A stretch of DNA of 64,000 nucleotides from the NCBI GenBank assembly GCA_002245135.1, contig NGBS01000589.1, positions 1 through 64,000 of the forward strand. The letters are read 5' to 3'. Within the stretch, counting starts at the first letter, position 1, and each line of letters begins with the position of its first letter. The translations under genes were made by a program, and so were the position numbers. Shown piece by piece: positions 1-11,141 of this stretch. The DNA comes from Proteromonas lacertae (Eukaryota). Below the pieces are notes generated by a model, which saw only the letters and a program-made list of their open reading frames with translations, made no database searches and was not told where the DNA came from.

Positions 1-1010
1 TATTTATTGTTACATAGTGTGAATTCCATCTTCATTTTTTATTAGGCAATAGATTTACAACACTATATTTTTTAGATTTCTTTTGTTTAGATAAATGAAT
101 GGGTAAGAATATTTCTTCTTTATCTTTAGCAATATCAATATAAAATATATTCACATTTAGTCGATTCTTTGTTTCAAACTTATCAATAGATTCATTGTCT
201 GTAGCATCAACAGGGAATGTTAACATACTCCAATCATGTTTCTTTTCATACATTTTGTATTTTTCAGGTTTATCTTTATTACATTGTAGATTATTAGAAT
301 ATAAAAGAGCATAGTACACTCCACTTAAAGCATTCATTATCTTCATTTATTACATTTGTTAAACATCTAAGACCTTGAAGTTTAGCAGGTAAAACAATAA
401 AACTACTTCCACGTATCACTTTAAATTTTGTTACATATAATTCTATAGTATTTACTCTAGCAAAAGTAAGACCACTTTGAGGATGATTTGAATCATCTTC
501 TGATATTTGTGTAAATATATTTTCCAGTATAGTTTGTATTTCACCTACAGTAGACATTTTTGTTATTTCACATAGTCTACTACGACTAAATATAGAAACT
601 TCATCATCACTGTCAGTAGACTCATCAGGTATATAAATTGAACGTACAATAAAGAAAAATTTGATCATATTCATAGTATCAGCTAGTTCATGTAATATAT
701 CTTTGATATCACTATTATTAACAAAATCATGATAACATTGTTGTGGTGTACTGTAATTTCTATTATTATAATTGAAAACCCATTTCCTGGTAACACCTTG
801 AGATGATTTATCAACTTCTCTAGCATCACGTATTCTATCATTAAATCTTTGATTTTGGTTAGGTTTTGGTAGGGAAGAAGGCATTAATCCACCAAAGAAT
901 GTATCACTGATTATTGGTATATCATTATTATATCTTTTTTTATTTTGAATAGCATCTGTACTAAATAATGGCGCTAATCTTCGTTTTGGAGCTTCTTCTG
1001 GTGGTTTCAT
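1..1010 (-). pseudogene. N-terminal region of a Polinton-type protein-primed DNA polymerase B ORF, frameshifted
   Basis: ORF 294..1010 ends GSSFIVLPAKLQGLRCLTNVINEDNECFKWSVL. ORF 32..346 continues with LTFPV...IDKFETKNRLNVNIF...VNLL, then SHYVTIN after a TGA. This matches the GSSYIxLP..INxxNxDNxCFxWS..FPV..IxKFExxN..INLL..HY pattern of Polinton PolB N-termini. Lesions near 310 and 25-50. Confidence 0.65.
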
Positions 1011-1126
1011 CTGTATGTTTATGTTTATGATGATGGTGATGCTTATGCTTATGATGTTTATTTTTATTAAAAGTTTGTTCTAGAAGTTTAAAAAATGCTT
1101 TTAAAAGCTTTTTATGTTTGCTCATT
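961..1126 (-). CDS. Small basic His/Lys-rich orphan protein (element-encoded)
   Basis: ATG at 1126 (MSKHKKLL...HHKHKHHHHHKHKH); overlaps the start of the PolB-like ORF; no homology recognised. Confidence 0.3.
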
Positions 1127-1170
1127 ATATAGATAGAATTCGCGAAATAAATCAAAAATGGAAATATGAA

Positions 1171-1200
1171 ATTTGATTGGTCGGATGATTTGATTGGTCG
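1171..1200 (+). promoter_or_regulatory. Tandem inverted-CCAAT motif ATTTGATTGGTCG x2 in a divergent intergenic region
   Basis: 13-bp direct repeat at 1171-1183 and 1188-1200; the same 10-mer occurs at 5894-5903 (reverse strand) upstream of ORF 5222..5809. Confidence 0.5.
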
Positions 1201-1285
1201 ACTTTAAAAATAAAAAGAAATTTTCATTTTCATTTTTCTTGACATTTTTTAATCATTTTTTATTTTCATCTCTCCCTTATATAAA

Positions 1286-2053
1286 ATGAGTAACGAAACA
1301 CCCTATGAAGCTACAGATGTAGAATTCAGTGATTACTACAAGAATCCAAAGTTATGTAACAAGTGGATTATTAAAGGAACTGTTGAGAGTATTACAGTTA
1401 AGCCTACTAAAACTAGTCAATATGTATTGATTACTTTTGTTCATGATTTGGATCATAAAGTTGTAATTAATAATGGAAGAGATTTTGAAACATATTCAGC
1501 TGATGAAGTGAAATATGTATTGAAACAAATTTATGATAGAAACGAGAATGACTTTATAGAAAAAATCATTCGTGGATATTTGATTAGTGTAGGATGTAGA
1601 GAACCTCAACATGGTATTAAATACTTCCACAATTTCAATTCTATTATGATATGGGATAATAGTAACTATAGAGTTCCATCTGATGTTGATGTTGGTAGTA
1701 AAATTGCTGTAAGTGTTGTTGATAATCAAATCTCTATTAAGAGTAATGGTACTCAAAACTTTGTTAATCATAGAGTTTGTAGTGATATTGTTGGTTATGA
1801 TGAAAATCCTGATTTAGCTACAACTATTAGAAGAAGTAATGAGAAGAAAATTAAGAAAGAACAAGCTAATCAAAACAAATTTGTTTCACCTCCAAGAATT
1901 AAGAGAACTAAGATAGAAGATAGTGATTTAATTAGTACTCGTAGACCATTCCCTGCTAAGAAAGTAATTAGTAATGGTTTTATTAGTGCTGCTAAGTCTA
2001 TTAACTTTGGTAACGCTTTAAGTGATAAGGATTTGGGAGAGGTAGAAGAATGA
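1286..2053 (+). CDS. Hypothetical element protein, 255 aa (possibly OB-fold-like N-terminus)
   Basis: Long intronless ORF with ATG in an A-rich context; the segment WIIKGTVESITVK..YVLITF is only suggestive of an OB fold. Confidence 0.6.
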   Translation: MSNETPYEATDVEFSDYYKNPKLCNKWIIKGTVESITVKPTKTSQYVLITFVHDLDHKVVINNGRDFETYSADEVKYVLKQIYDRNENDFIEKIIRGYLISVGCREPQHGIKYFHNFNSIMIWDNSNYRVPSDVDVGSKIAVSVVDNQISIKSNGTQNFVNHRVCSDIVGYDENPDLATTIRRSNEKKIKKEQANQNKFVSPPRIKRTKIEDSDLISTRRPFPAKKVISNGFISAAKSINFGNALSDKDLGEVEE

Positions 2054-2118
2054 TTTAATTATTTTAATTCATTAATTCTTTAAATATATATCATTCATAT
2101 TTTTTATATATTGTTTGA

Positions 2119-3279
2119 ATGTCACTACAAGATAAAATAAATGAGTTATACAAAACATATGGTTATTTAAACAAACGAGACTTTATTAATTTCTCTGTAA
2201 ATGAACTTGAGAATAACTTTAAAAAATCTGACATTAAAAAAGCTAGTAGTGAACTTGTAGAGTCTAAACCAGATTATCAAATCACTGCAACTAAAAGGAA
2301 TAGAATTAAATATGAAATTGAAAAGTTACCTGGGTCATATCAAATAGATTTGGTGTTTTTCAACAATACAAAAGTTCCATTTTTGTTAATTATAGAAGTT
2401 GTTAGTCGTAAGTGTTGGATATATTATGTTAAATCTAAATCAGAAAATGATGTATATCCAGTGTTTGAAAAATGGTTTTATCAGGGTATGCAACCTAAGG
2501 ATGAAAACGCTCGTTTTGTAGGAAGTATATTGTCAGATGAAGAGTCTGGTATTATCTATGGTAAGAAATTTTTAGATTTGTTTAACAAAAATCATATACG
2601 ATTTATACTTAAAGAACGTAATGAACATAATATAATGAAAATATTGGATCGATGTGTGAGAACTATTAAAGATATGTTTTATAGAAAAATTAATACATTT
2701 TCTGATGAAGAATTTGATAAAATTAACAATATTGAATCATTGTGTAATATAGTATATACTGTTGTAGATGATTACAATGCAAAACCACATTCTGCACTCA
2801 ATAATCTAACTCCAAATGAAGTATTCAATGATTTTGAAGTCCAAGATAGATTGTATAAAGAATCCCATGCTAGAAACTTAAAGAAGCGTAAAAGTGATAC
2901 TCATTTTAAAGCTGATGATTTTGTCAGAATAAAAGAACGTAGAGATAACAAACTTCAAAAAACTACTTATTATACTGATAAAGTATACCAAATACACAAA
3001 GTTGGACCATTTTCATATTCTGTTAAGAACTTGGATGGAACAATACCTAGAGAATTCAATCCTAGAGATATAGGCTCATATAGATTCAAATCTCATGAAA
3101 TAAAAAGAGTACCAGTTAATAGTATTACAACAAATGGTAAGTTTAGATTAAGACAAATTCATAGTATAAATAATGAAGCACAACCTATAGAACCAGATAT
3201 TCAACCAGTACCAGAAGGCAGAAAAAGTAGATATGGTAGAGTATATAAGAAAAATTCGCTATTTAATGATTTCGTATAA
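2119..3279 (+). CDS. Polinton-type retroviral-like (rve) integrase
   Basis: YQIDLVFF..LIIEVVSRKCW (first D), ILSDEES (second D), ILDRCVRTIK (third acidic position), YNAKPHSALNNLTPNE, C-terminal FKADDFVRIK..VYQIHKV..YSVKNLDG and basic RKSRYGRVYK tail. Confidence 0.85.
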   Translation: MSLQDKINELYKTYGYLNKRDFINFSVNELENNFKKSDIKKASSELVESKPDYQITATKRNRIKYEIEKLPGSYQIDLVFFNNTKVPFLLIIEVVSRKCWIYYVKSKSENDVYPVFEKWFYQGMQPKDENARFVGSILSDEESGIIYGKKFLDLFNKNHIRFILKERNEHNIMKILDRCVRTIKDMFYRKINTFSDEEFDKINNIESLCNIVYTVVDDYNAKPHSALNNLTPNEVFNDFEVQDRLYKESHARNLKKRKSDTHFKADDFVRIKERRDNKLQKTTYYTDKVYQIHKVGPFSYSVKNLDGTIPREFNPRDIGSYRFKSHEIKRVPVNSITTNGKFRLRQIHSINNEAQPIEPDIQPVPEGRKSRYGRVYKKNSLFNDFV

Positions 3280-3417
3280 TTTTTATGTTTTTTATTTATG
3301 TTATTTTTTACATATAAAACAAACACCAATTTTCATCAAAGTAATGAATTCAAAGTGCTTTTTTCAAGTATATGGATTAAAGCATAAACCAGACAAATTT
3401 AAAGTATATATTAATAC

Positions 3418-4590
3418 TTATAAGTTCTTCATCATCTTCTCAAACTCTTCAGCTTTCTTTCTTTTCTCTTCTTCAATTCTTTTCTTAAACTCTTCTTCCA
3501 TCTTCTTTTCTAATTCATCGTTTTCTTTTTTCATCTTTTCTTCCATTTGTCTCTTTTGTTCTAATACCCATTTCTTTCTTAACTCTTCTTGTTGTCTCAT
3601 ATTCTCTTCTTCTTGAAGCATTCTAATAACCACTAATTCTTCTTTTCTTTTCTTTTCTGCTTCTTCTTGTTTTCTCTTTCTCTCTGCTTCTTCTTGTACT
3701 TTTCTAACTCTTTCTTCTTCTTGTTGTTTTTTCTTTTTTTCTTCATCTTCTTGTTTCTTTCTCTCTGCATCTTGATGCTTAATTTTCTCTTCTATCTCTT
3801 TTTGTTTTTCTTCATCTTTTTTAGTTAATTCAGCATTAAAATATTTCAATTCAGCATCCAGAATATCAATATCAGTAACATCAAGAAGTGTAGTATCAGA
3901 CCTTGGTGACATTGGAGGTGTAAAGGTAGGACTTTGGCTACTTAATAAATCATCAGCAGATGTTCTTGATTCAGTATCTTTCACAATTATACCCACTGGT
4001 TCGTCAACAAAATCAGAATCCTTAACAATCTTTCTTTTCTTTAAATGAATTAATTCATCATCACTATCAATAACTGCTTTTGTTTTAGGTTTCTTTACAG
4101 TATCAGTTCTTCTTTTATAAACTCTTTTAGGTTTTTGAGGTACAGTTGGTGGTGGTGGTTCTTGTTGTGGTTGTTGTTGTTGTTTTAACTGAGGTTGAAT
4201 AAAAGGTTTAATCTGTTTTACATCTGGTTTTACTATACTCTTCATCTCTTCGTCACTAAAGTATAAATTCATATACTCATTTTGATCTAATGTCTCTAGA
4301 TGTTTAATGGGAATTAACTTCTGATTATCAAACTTACATGAAAAGCAATAATAAACTGCTGTAGCTGACTTCTCTAATTCGATATAGTTGAATTGTGGTG
4401 GACTTTGCTTCTTCTTTGATTTTTTGCTGTCATCATAAGCCAAACTTTGAATATACATTTCGTCGCAAAATGTCTTTAAATGCTGGATGTTACGACTCAC
4501 TTTCTGATAGAACTCATAAGCCTGTCCCTTTAATGGAAGCTGGGAGCATAATTCTGAATTGGTTGGTTGTTTGACTCTGTCTGCTGGCAT
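3418..4590 (-). CDS. Hypothetical element protein with Q/P-rich linker and E/K coiled-coil C-terminus
   Basis: 390-aa intronless ORF; CFSC motif; long charged heptad-like tail. Confidence 0.65.
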   Translation of the reverse strand: MPADRVKQPTNSELCSQLPLKGQAYEFYQKVSRNIQHLKTFCDEMYIQSLAYDDSKKSKKKQSPPQFNYIELEKSATAVYYCFSCKFDNQKLIPIKHLETLDQNEYMNLYFSDEEMKSIVKPDVKQIKPFIQPQLKQQQQPQQEPPPPTVPQKPKRVYKRRTDTVKKPKTKAVIDSDDELIHLKKRKIVKDSDFVDEPVGIIVKDTESRTSADDLLSSQSPTFTPPMSPRSDTTLLDVTDIDILDAELKYFNAELTKKDEEKQKEIEEKIKHQDAERKKQEDEEKKKKQQEEERVRKVQEEAERKRKQEEAEKKRKEELVVIRMLQEEENMRQQEELRKKWVLEQKRQMEEKMKKENDELEKKMEEEFKKRIEEEKRKKAEEFEKMMKNL

Positions 4591-4773
4591 TTTTGATTGA
4601 ATGATTGAATAATTAATTTTCTATTAAGGTAAAAAAAAGCAAAAAATAAAATACTGAAAATGAGTAAGAAAAGTGTGAATGAAAAATAAAACGGTTTTTC
4701 TTTATGTAATATTTAAGGGGGTACAAAAAATAACTTTCAAAAATCAAATACGAAAAAAAGACTATATATAAAA

Positions 4774-5157
4774 TTAAATATTTATGATTGGTTTTTGAAT
4801 TTCAATCTCAGGTTTATTAATAGGAATAATTTCTATTTCTGTTTCTAATTGCTCTTCATCTTCATTATCACTAGCATTTCTAGAATTTATTCTACTATTT
4901 TCAGGTGTTAAAGTAAATGGAATAGCAGAAACAATAGTAGATTTTCTTAATGCTAATTGAACAGCAGGTTCTGGCTCAGCTAATATTTCACTTAATTCTG
5001 GAGGACAGGCTTTATGATAACACCATGCACATATTCTCTTGCATTTATAAAGAACCCATAGAACTACACAACCTAATAAAATATACAGTTCTTGTTTCAA
5101 ACCATTTAAAGTATCTTTCATATCACCTAACATAACTAATGATGAATTATATGGCAT
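4774..5157 (-). CDS. Small single-pass membrane protein (element-encoded)
   Basis: 127 aa; hydrophobic LYILLGCVVLWVLY followed by Cys/basic KCKRICAWC. Confidence 0.55.
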   Translation of the reverse strand: MPYNSSLVMLGDMKDTLNGLKQELYILLGCVVLWVLYKCKRICAWCYHKACPPELSEILAEPEPAVQLALRKSTIVSAIPFTLTPENSRINSRNASDNEDEEQLETEIEIIPINKPEIEIQKPIINI

Positions 5158-5221
5158 ATTATGTGAAATTATTTATATATAAAAACGTATAGAAATATAA
5201 AAATGAATTTTAAACCAAAAG

Positions 5222-5809
5222 TTAATTAATTATACAGGTAGGTGATGTAGTTAGATCTACTGTAGCTACCCCCGGGATAGGACTTGTAGAACAATCTACT
5301 TTAGCAATATCTACCTTTGGTCGACCCTCGGCAGTGGAACTATTCTCTACTTTACGCTTCTTATCTTCTCCACTATTATCACTTCCTTTCTTTACTTCTT
5401 CATATCTTCTCTTCTTCTTATTTCTACACTCTGTACAAGATTTATAGAATACACCTTCACTCTTATAACCAAATTCATCATTAGCTTTCTTCTTACCACA
5501 AGTACTACATATCTGTGAATCTGGATCTAACTTTGTTATATCCTTTCTTTTTTTAGGTTTAGATTCGCTTTGTTTTTCTTCCTTCACTTCTTCTTCTTCT
5601 TCCATTGTTATATCAATATCATCACCTGGTTGTTCACTCCATTCTGGATCATCTTCATACTCTTCAATCACAGAATACATACCATCCAACATATCCTTGA
5701 ATACTTTAATAATTAATGATTTTACTTCAGACATATCATTCTCATACATTTCACCTTCTTGTAAGTGTTTTTCAATATTAGCATCTAATTCGTTTTGTAT
5801 ATCACTCAT
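5222..5809 (-). CDS. Acidic protein with a C4 zinc finger
   Basis: CSTCGKKK..EFG..YKSCTECRNKKKR (CxxC-x20-CxxC) plus an NLS-like basic run. Confidence 0.65.
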   Translation of the reverse strand: MSDIQNELDANIEKHLQEGEMYENDMSEVKSLIIKVFKDMLDGMYSVIEEYEDDPEWSEQPGDDIDITMEEEEEVKEEKQSESKPKKRKDITKLDPDSQICSTCGKKKANDEFGYKSEGVFYKSCTECRNKKKRRYEEVKKGSDNSGEDKKRKVENSSTAEGRPKVDIAKVDCSTSPIPGVATVDLTTSPTCIIN

Positions 5810-5937
5810 TTTAATTTATGTAGATTATTTCAAAAATCGCAAGAAATTTATGAATGAAAAGAATTATGTAATATTATGTTTATTTCTATTCAGCCAATCA
5901 AATAACAAAAATTCAATTAAAACCAATGATTTAAGAA

Positions 5938-6278
5938 TTAGTTATGAAATCTTAGTCTTTCTTCAATGATGTTCTTTTCATCAATACCATAACGCTTTAA
6001 CATCTTTGTTTTTCTGCGCTCTTCTTCAGGATCAACCCATTTTCTAGGGCGTATGGTTGCTTGTGCTACTCTGGTTGGTTTATGAATTGCACGCCATTCT
6101 TCATACTTTCTGTCATCCTCATCAGCTGTATCAGAAGTATACCACATTACTACTGGAGGTGGCTCAGCTACTATTCTAGCTACTTCACTTTCAATGATTG
6201 CATAGATTCTTTCAAATTCTTCATCTTCACGCTTATTTCTATCTTCTATATTAACATTCTCGATCCAAATTCTTGACA
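5938..6278 (-). CDS. Hypothetical element protein (~113 aa)
   Basis: ATG at 6278 (MSRIWIENV...); protein-like charged composition. Confidence 0.5.
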
Positions 6279-6543
6279 TTTTTTTGAAATTATGATTGAT
6301 AAAAAACAATAAGAAAAAGTTAAATGAAATTATATACAAAAAACAAAAGAAAAATTTTAACCCATAAAATTACTCATACACTAAAATATATAAAGAAATT
6401 TAAACTCACCACTTGCTCCAGTATAACCCGTACCAAAAACTAATTTACACTCAAATCGCTTATTCTTACCTGTAGAAGGCACCTAAGAATAGTCTGGTAC
6501 GGGTTACCCACCTACAGTGATATTCTTACGGTTATACATATAT

Positions 6544-9500
6544 TATACATTATACAATAACCATTTTTAACTATCAGTTTACTTCGATTTAGAACAAACT
6601 AACATAATTCTTTCTAATCTTCGATTTTGTACTCATTTCATTCTATATATTATACTCAATTATATATACATTATACAATAACCATTTTTAACTATCAATT
6701 TACTTCGATTTAGAACAAACTAACATAATTCTTTCTAATCTTCGATTTTGTACTCATTTCATTCTATATATTATACTCAATTATATATACATTATACAAT
6801 AACCATTTTTAACTATCAATTTACTTCGATTTAGAACAAACTAACATAATTCTTTCTAATCTTCGATTTTGTACTCATTTCATTCTATATATTATACTCA
6901 ATTATATATACATTATACAATAACCATTTTTAACTATCAATTTACTTCGATTTAGAACAAACTAACATAATTCTTTCTAATCTTCGATTTTGTACTCATT
7001 TCATTCTATATATTATACTCAATTATATATACATTATACAATAACCATTTTTAACTATCAATTTACTTCGATTTAGAACAAACTAACATAATTCTTTCTA
7101 ATCTTCGATTTTGTACTCATTTCATTCTATATATTATACTCAATTATATATACATTATACAATAACCATTTTTAACTATCAATTTACTTCGATTTAGAAC
7201 AAACTAACATAATTCTTTCTAATCTTCGATTTTATACTCATTTCATTCTATATATTATACTCAATTATATATACATTATACAATAACCATTTTTAACTAT
7301 CAATTTACTTCGATTTAGAACAAACTAACATAATTCTTTCTAATCTTCGATTTTGTACTCATTTCATTCTATATATTATACTCAATTATATATACATTAT
7401 ACAATAACCATTTTTAACTATCAATTTACTTCGATTTAGAACAAACTAACATAATTCTTTCTAATCTTCGATTTTGTACTCATTTCATTCTATATATTAT
7501 ACTCAATTATATATACATTATACAATAACCATTTTTAACTATCAATTTACTTCGATTTAGAACAAACTAACATAATTCTTTCTAATCTTCGATTTTGTAC
7601 TCATTTCATTCTATATATTATACTCAATTATATATACATTATACAATAACCATTTTTAACTATCAATTTACTTCGATTTAGAACAAACTAACATAATTCT
7701 TTCTAATCTTCGATTTTGTACTCATTTCATTCTATATATTATACTCAATTATATATACATTATACAATAACCATTTTTAACTATCAATTTACTTCGATTT
7801 AGAACAAACTAACATAATTCTTTCTAATCTTCGATTTTGTACTCATTTCATTCTATATATTATACTCAATTATATATACATTATACAATAACCATTTTTA
7901 ACTATCAATTTACTTCGATTTAGAACAAACTAACATAATTCTTTCTAATCTTCGATTTTGTACTCATTTCATTCTATATATTATACTCAATTATATATAC
8001 ATTATACAATAACCATTTTTAACTATCAATTTACTTCGATTTAGAACAAACTAACATAATTCTTTCTAATCTTCGATTTTGTACTCATTTCATTCTATAT
8101 ATTATACTCAATTATATATACATTATACAATAACCATTTTTAACTATCAATTTACTTTCGATTTAGAACAAACTAACATAATTCTTTCTAATCTTCGATT
8201 TTGTACTCATTTCATTCTATATATTATACTCAATTATATATACATTATACAATAACCATTTTTAACTATCAATTTACTTCGATTTAGAACAAACTAACAT
8301 AATTCTTTCTAATCTTCGATTTTGTACTCATTTCATTCTATATATTATACTCAATTATATATACATTATACAATAACCATTTTTAACTATCAATTTACTT
8401 CGATTTAGAACAAACTAACATAATTCTTTCTAATCTTCGATTTTGTACTCATTTCATTCTATATATTATACTCAATTATATATACATTATACAATAACCA
8501 TTTTTAACTATCAATTTACTTCGATTTAGAACAAACTAACATAATTCTTTCTAATCTTCGATTTTGTACTCATTTCATTCTATATATTATACTCAATTAT
8601 ATATACATTATACAATAACCATTTTTAACTATCAATTTACTTCGATTTAGAACAAACTAACATAATTCTTTCTAATCTTCGATTTTGTACTCATTTCATT
8701 CTATATATTATACTCAATTATATATACATTATACAATAACCATTTTTAACTATCAATTTACTTCGATTTAGAACAAACTAACATAATTCTTTCTAATCTT
8801 CGATTTTGTACTCATTTCATTCTATATATTATACTCAATTATATATACATTATACAATAACCATTTTTAACTATCAATTTACTTCGATTTAGAACAAACT
8901 AACATAATTCTTTCTAATCTTCGATTTTGTACTCATTTCATTCTATATATTATACTCAATTATATATACATTATACAATAACCATTTTTAACTATCAATT
9001 TACTTCGATTTAGAACAAACTAACATAATTCTTTCTAATCTTCGATTTTGTACTCATTTCATTCTATATATTATACTCAATTATATATACATTATACAAT
9101 AACCATTTTTAACTATCAATTTACTTCGATTTAGAACAAACTAACATAATTCTTTCTAATCTTCGATTTTGTACTCATTTCATTCTATATATTATACTCA
9201 ATTATATATACATTATACAATAACCATTTTTAACTATCAGTTTACTTCGATTTAGAACAAACTAACATAATTCTTTCTAATCTTCGATTTTGTACTCATT
9301 TCATTCTATATATTATACTCAATTATATATACATTATACAATAACCATTTTTAACTATCAATTTACTTCGATTTAGAACAAACTAACATAATTCTTTCTA
9401 ATCTTCGATTTTGTACTCATTTCATTCTATATATTATACTCAATTATATATACATTATACAATAACCATTTTTAACTATCAATTTACTTCGATTTAGAAC

Positions 9501-11052
9501 AAACTAACATAATTCTTTCTAATCTTCGATTTTGTACTCATTTCATTCTATATATTATACTCAATTATATATACATTATACAATAACCATTTTTAACTAT
9601 CAATTTACTTCGATTTAGAACAAACTAACATAATTCTTTCTAATCTTCGATTTTATACTCATTTCATTCTATATATTATACTCAATTATATATACATTAT
9701 ACAATAACCATTTTTAACTATCAATTTACTTCGATTTAGAACAAACTAACATAATTCTTTCTAATCTTCGATTTTGTACTCATTTCATTCTATATATTAT
9801 ACTCAATTATATATACATTATACAATAACCATTTTTAACTATCAATTTACTTCGATTTAGAACAAACTAACATAATTCTTTCTAATCTTCGATTTTGTAC
9901 TCATTTCATTCTATATATTATACTCAATTATATATACATTATACAATAACCATTTTTAACTATCAATTTACTTCGATTTAGAACAAACTAACATAATTCT
10001 TTCTAATCTTCGATTTTGTACTCATTTCATTCTATATATTATACTCAATTATATATACATTATACAATAACCATTTTTAACTATCAATTTACTTCGATTT
10101 AGAACAAACTAACATAATTCTTTCTAATCTTCGATTTTGTACTCATTTCATTCTATATATTATACTCAATTATATATACATTATACAATAACCATTTTTA
10201 ACTATCAATTTACTTCGATTTAGAACAAACTAACATAATTCTTTCTAATCTTCGATTTTATACTCATTTCATTCTATATATTATACTCAATTATATATAC
10301 ATTATACAATAACCATTTTTAACTATCAATTTACTTCGATTTAGAACAAACTAACATAATTCTTTCTAATCTTCGATTTTGTACTCATTTCATTCTATAT
10401 ATTATACTCAATTATATATACATTATACAATAACCATTTTTAACTATCAATTTACTTCGATTTAGAACAAACTAACATAATTCTTTCTAATCTTCGATTT
10501 TGTACTCATTTCATTCTATATATTATACTCAATTATATATACATTATACAATAACCATTTTTAACTATCAATTTACTTCGATTTAGAACAAACTAACATA
10601 ATTCTTTCTAATCTTCGATTTTATACTCATTTCATTCTATATATTATACTCAATTATATATACATTATACAATAACCATTTTTAACTATCAATTTACTTC
10701 GATTTAGAACAAACTAACATAATTCTTTCTAATCTTCGATTTTGTACTCATTTCATTCTATATATTATACTCAATTATATATACATTATACAATAACCAT
10801 TTTTAACTATCAATTTACTTCGATTTAGAACAAACTAACATAATTCTTTCTAATCTTCGATTTTGTACTCATTTCATTCTATATATTATACTCAATTATA
10901 TATACATTATACAATAACCATTTTTAACTATCAATTTACTTCGATTTAGAACAAACTAACATAATTCTTTCTAATCTTCGATTTTGTACTCATTTCATTC
11001 TATATATTATACTCAATTATATATACATTATACAATAACCATTTTTAACTAT
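6544..11052 (+). repeat. Tandem array, 121-bp unit, ~37 copies (left arm)
   Basis: Unit tatacattatacaataaccatttttaactatcaatttacttcgatttagaac...; the pattern shifts 1 nt every 120 nt, giving period 121; copies nearly identical. Confidence 0.97.
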
Positions 11053-11141
11053 TATTTTAAAATGAAAAATATCCGTTACTGAATCTTTCTATTTTGTTTT
11101 TTGTACTATCCTTACATCCCTTGTAATTAATATTTTGTTGT

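Larger units (their letters stand above)
1..6510. mobile_element. Polinton/Maverick-like (endogenous virus-like) element, partial; runs off the window start
   Basis: Dense block of intronless ORFs, unlike the intron-rich host genes. It contains a Polinton-type rve integrase and the N-terminal region typical of Polinton protein-primed PolB ORFs. No capsid, ATPase or TIR is visible, so the right boundary is approximate. Confidence 0.7.

Noticed and set aside
32..34. TGA readthrough or an alternative genetic code in the PolB-like ORF
   Set aside because: TGA, TAA and TAG all end conserved genes elsewhere in the window; two compensating indels explain the site better
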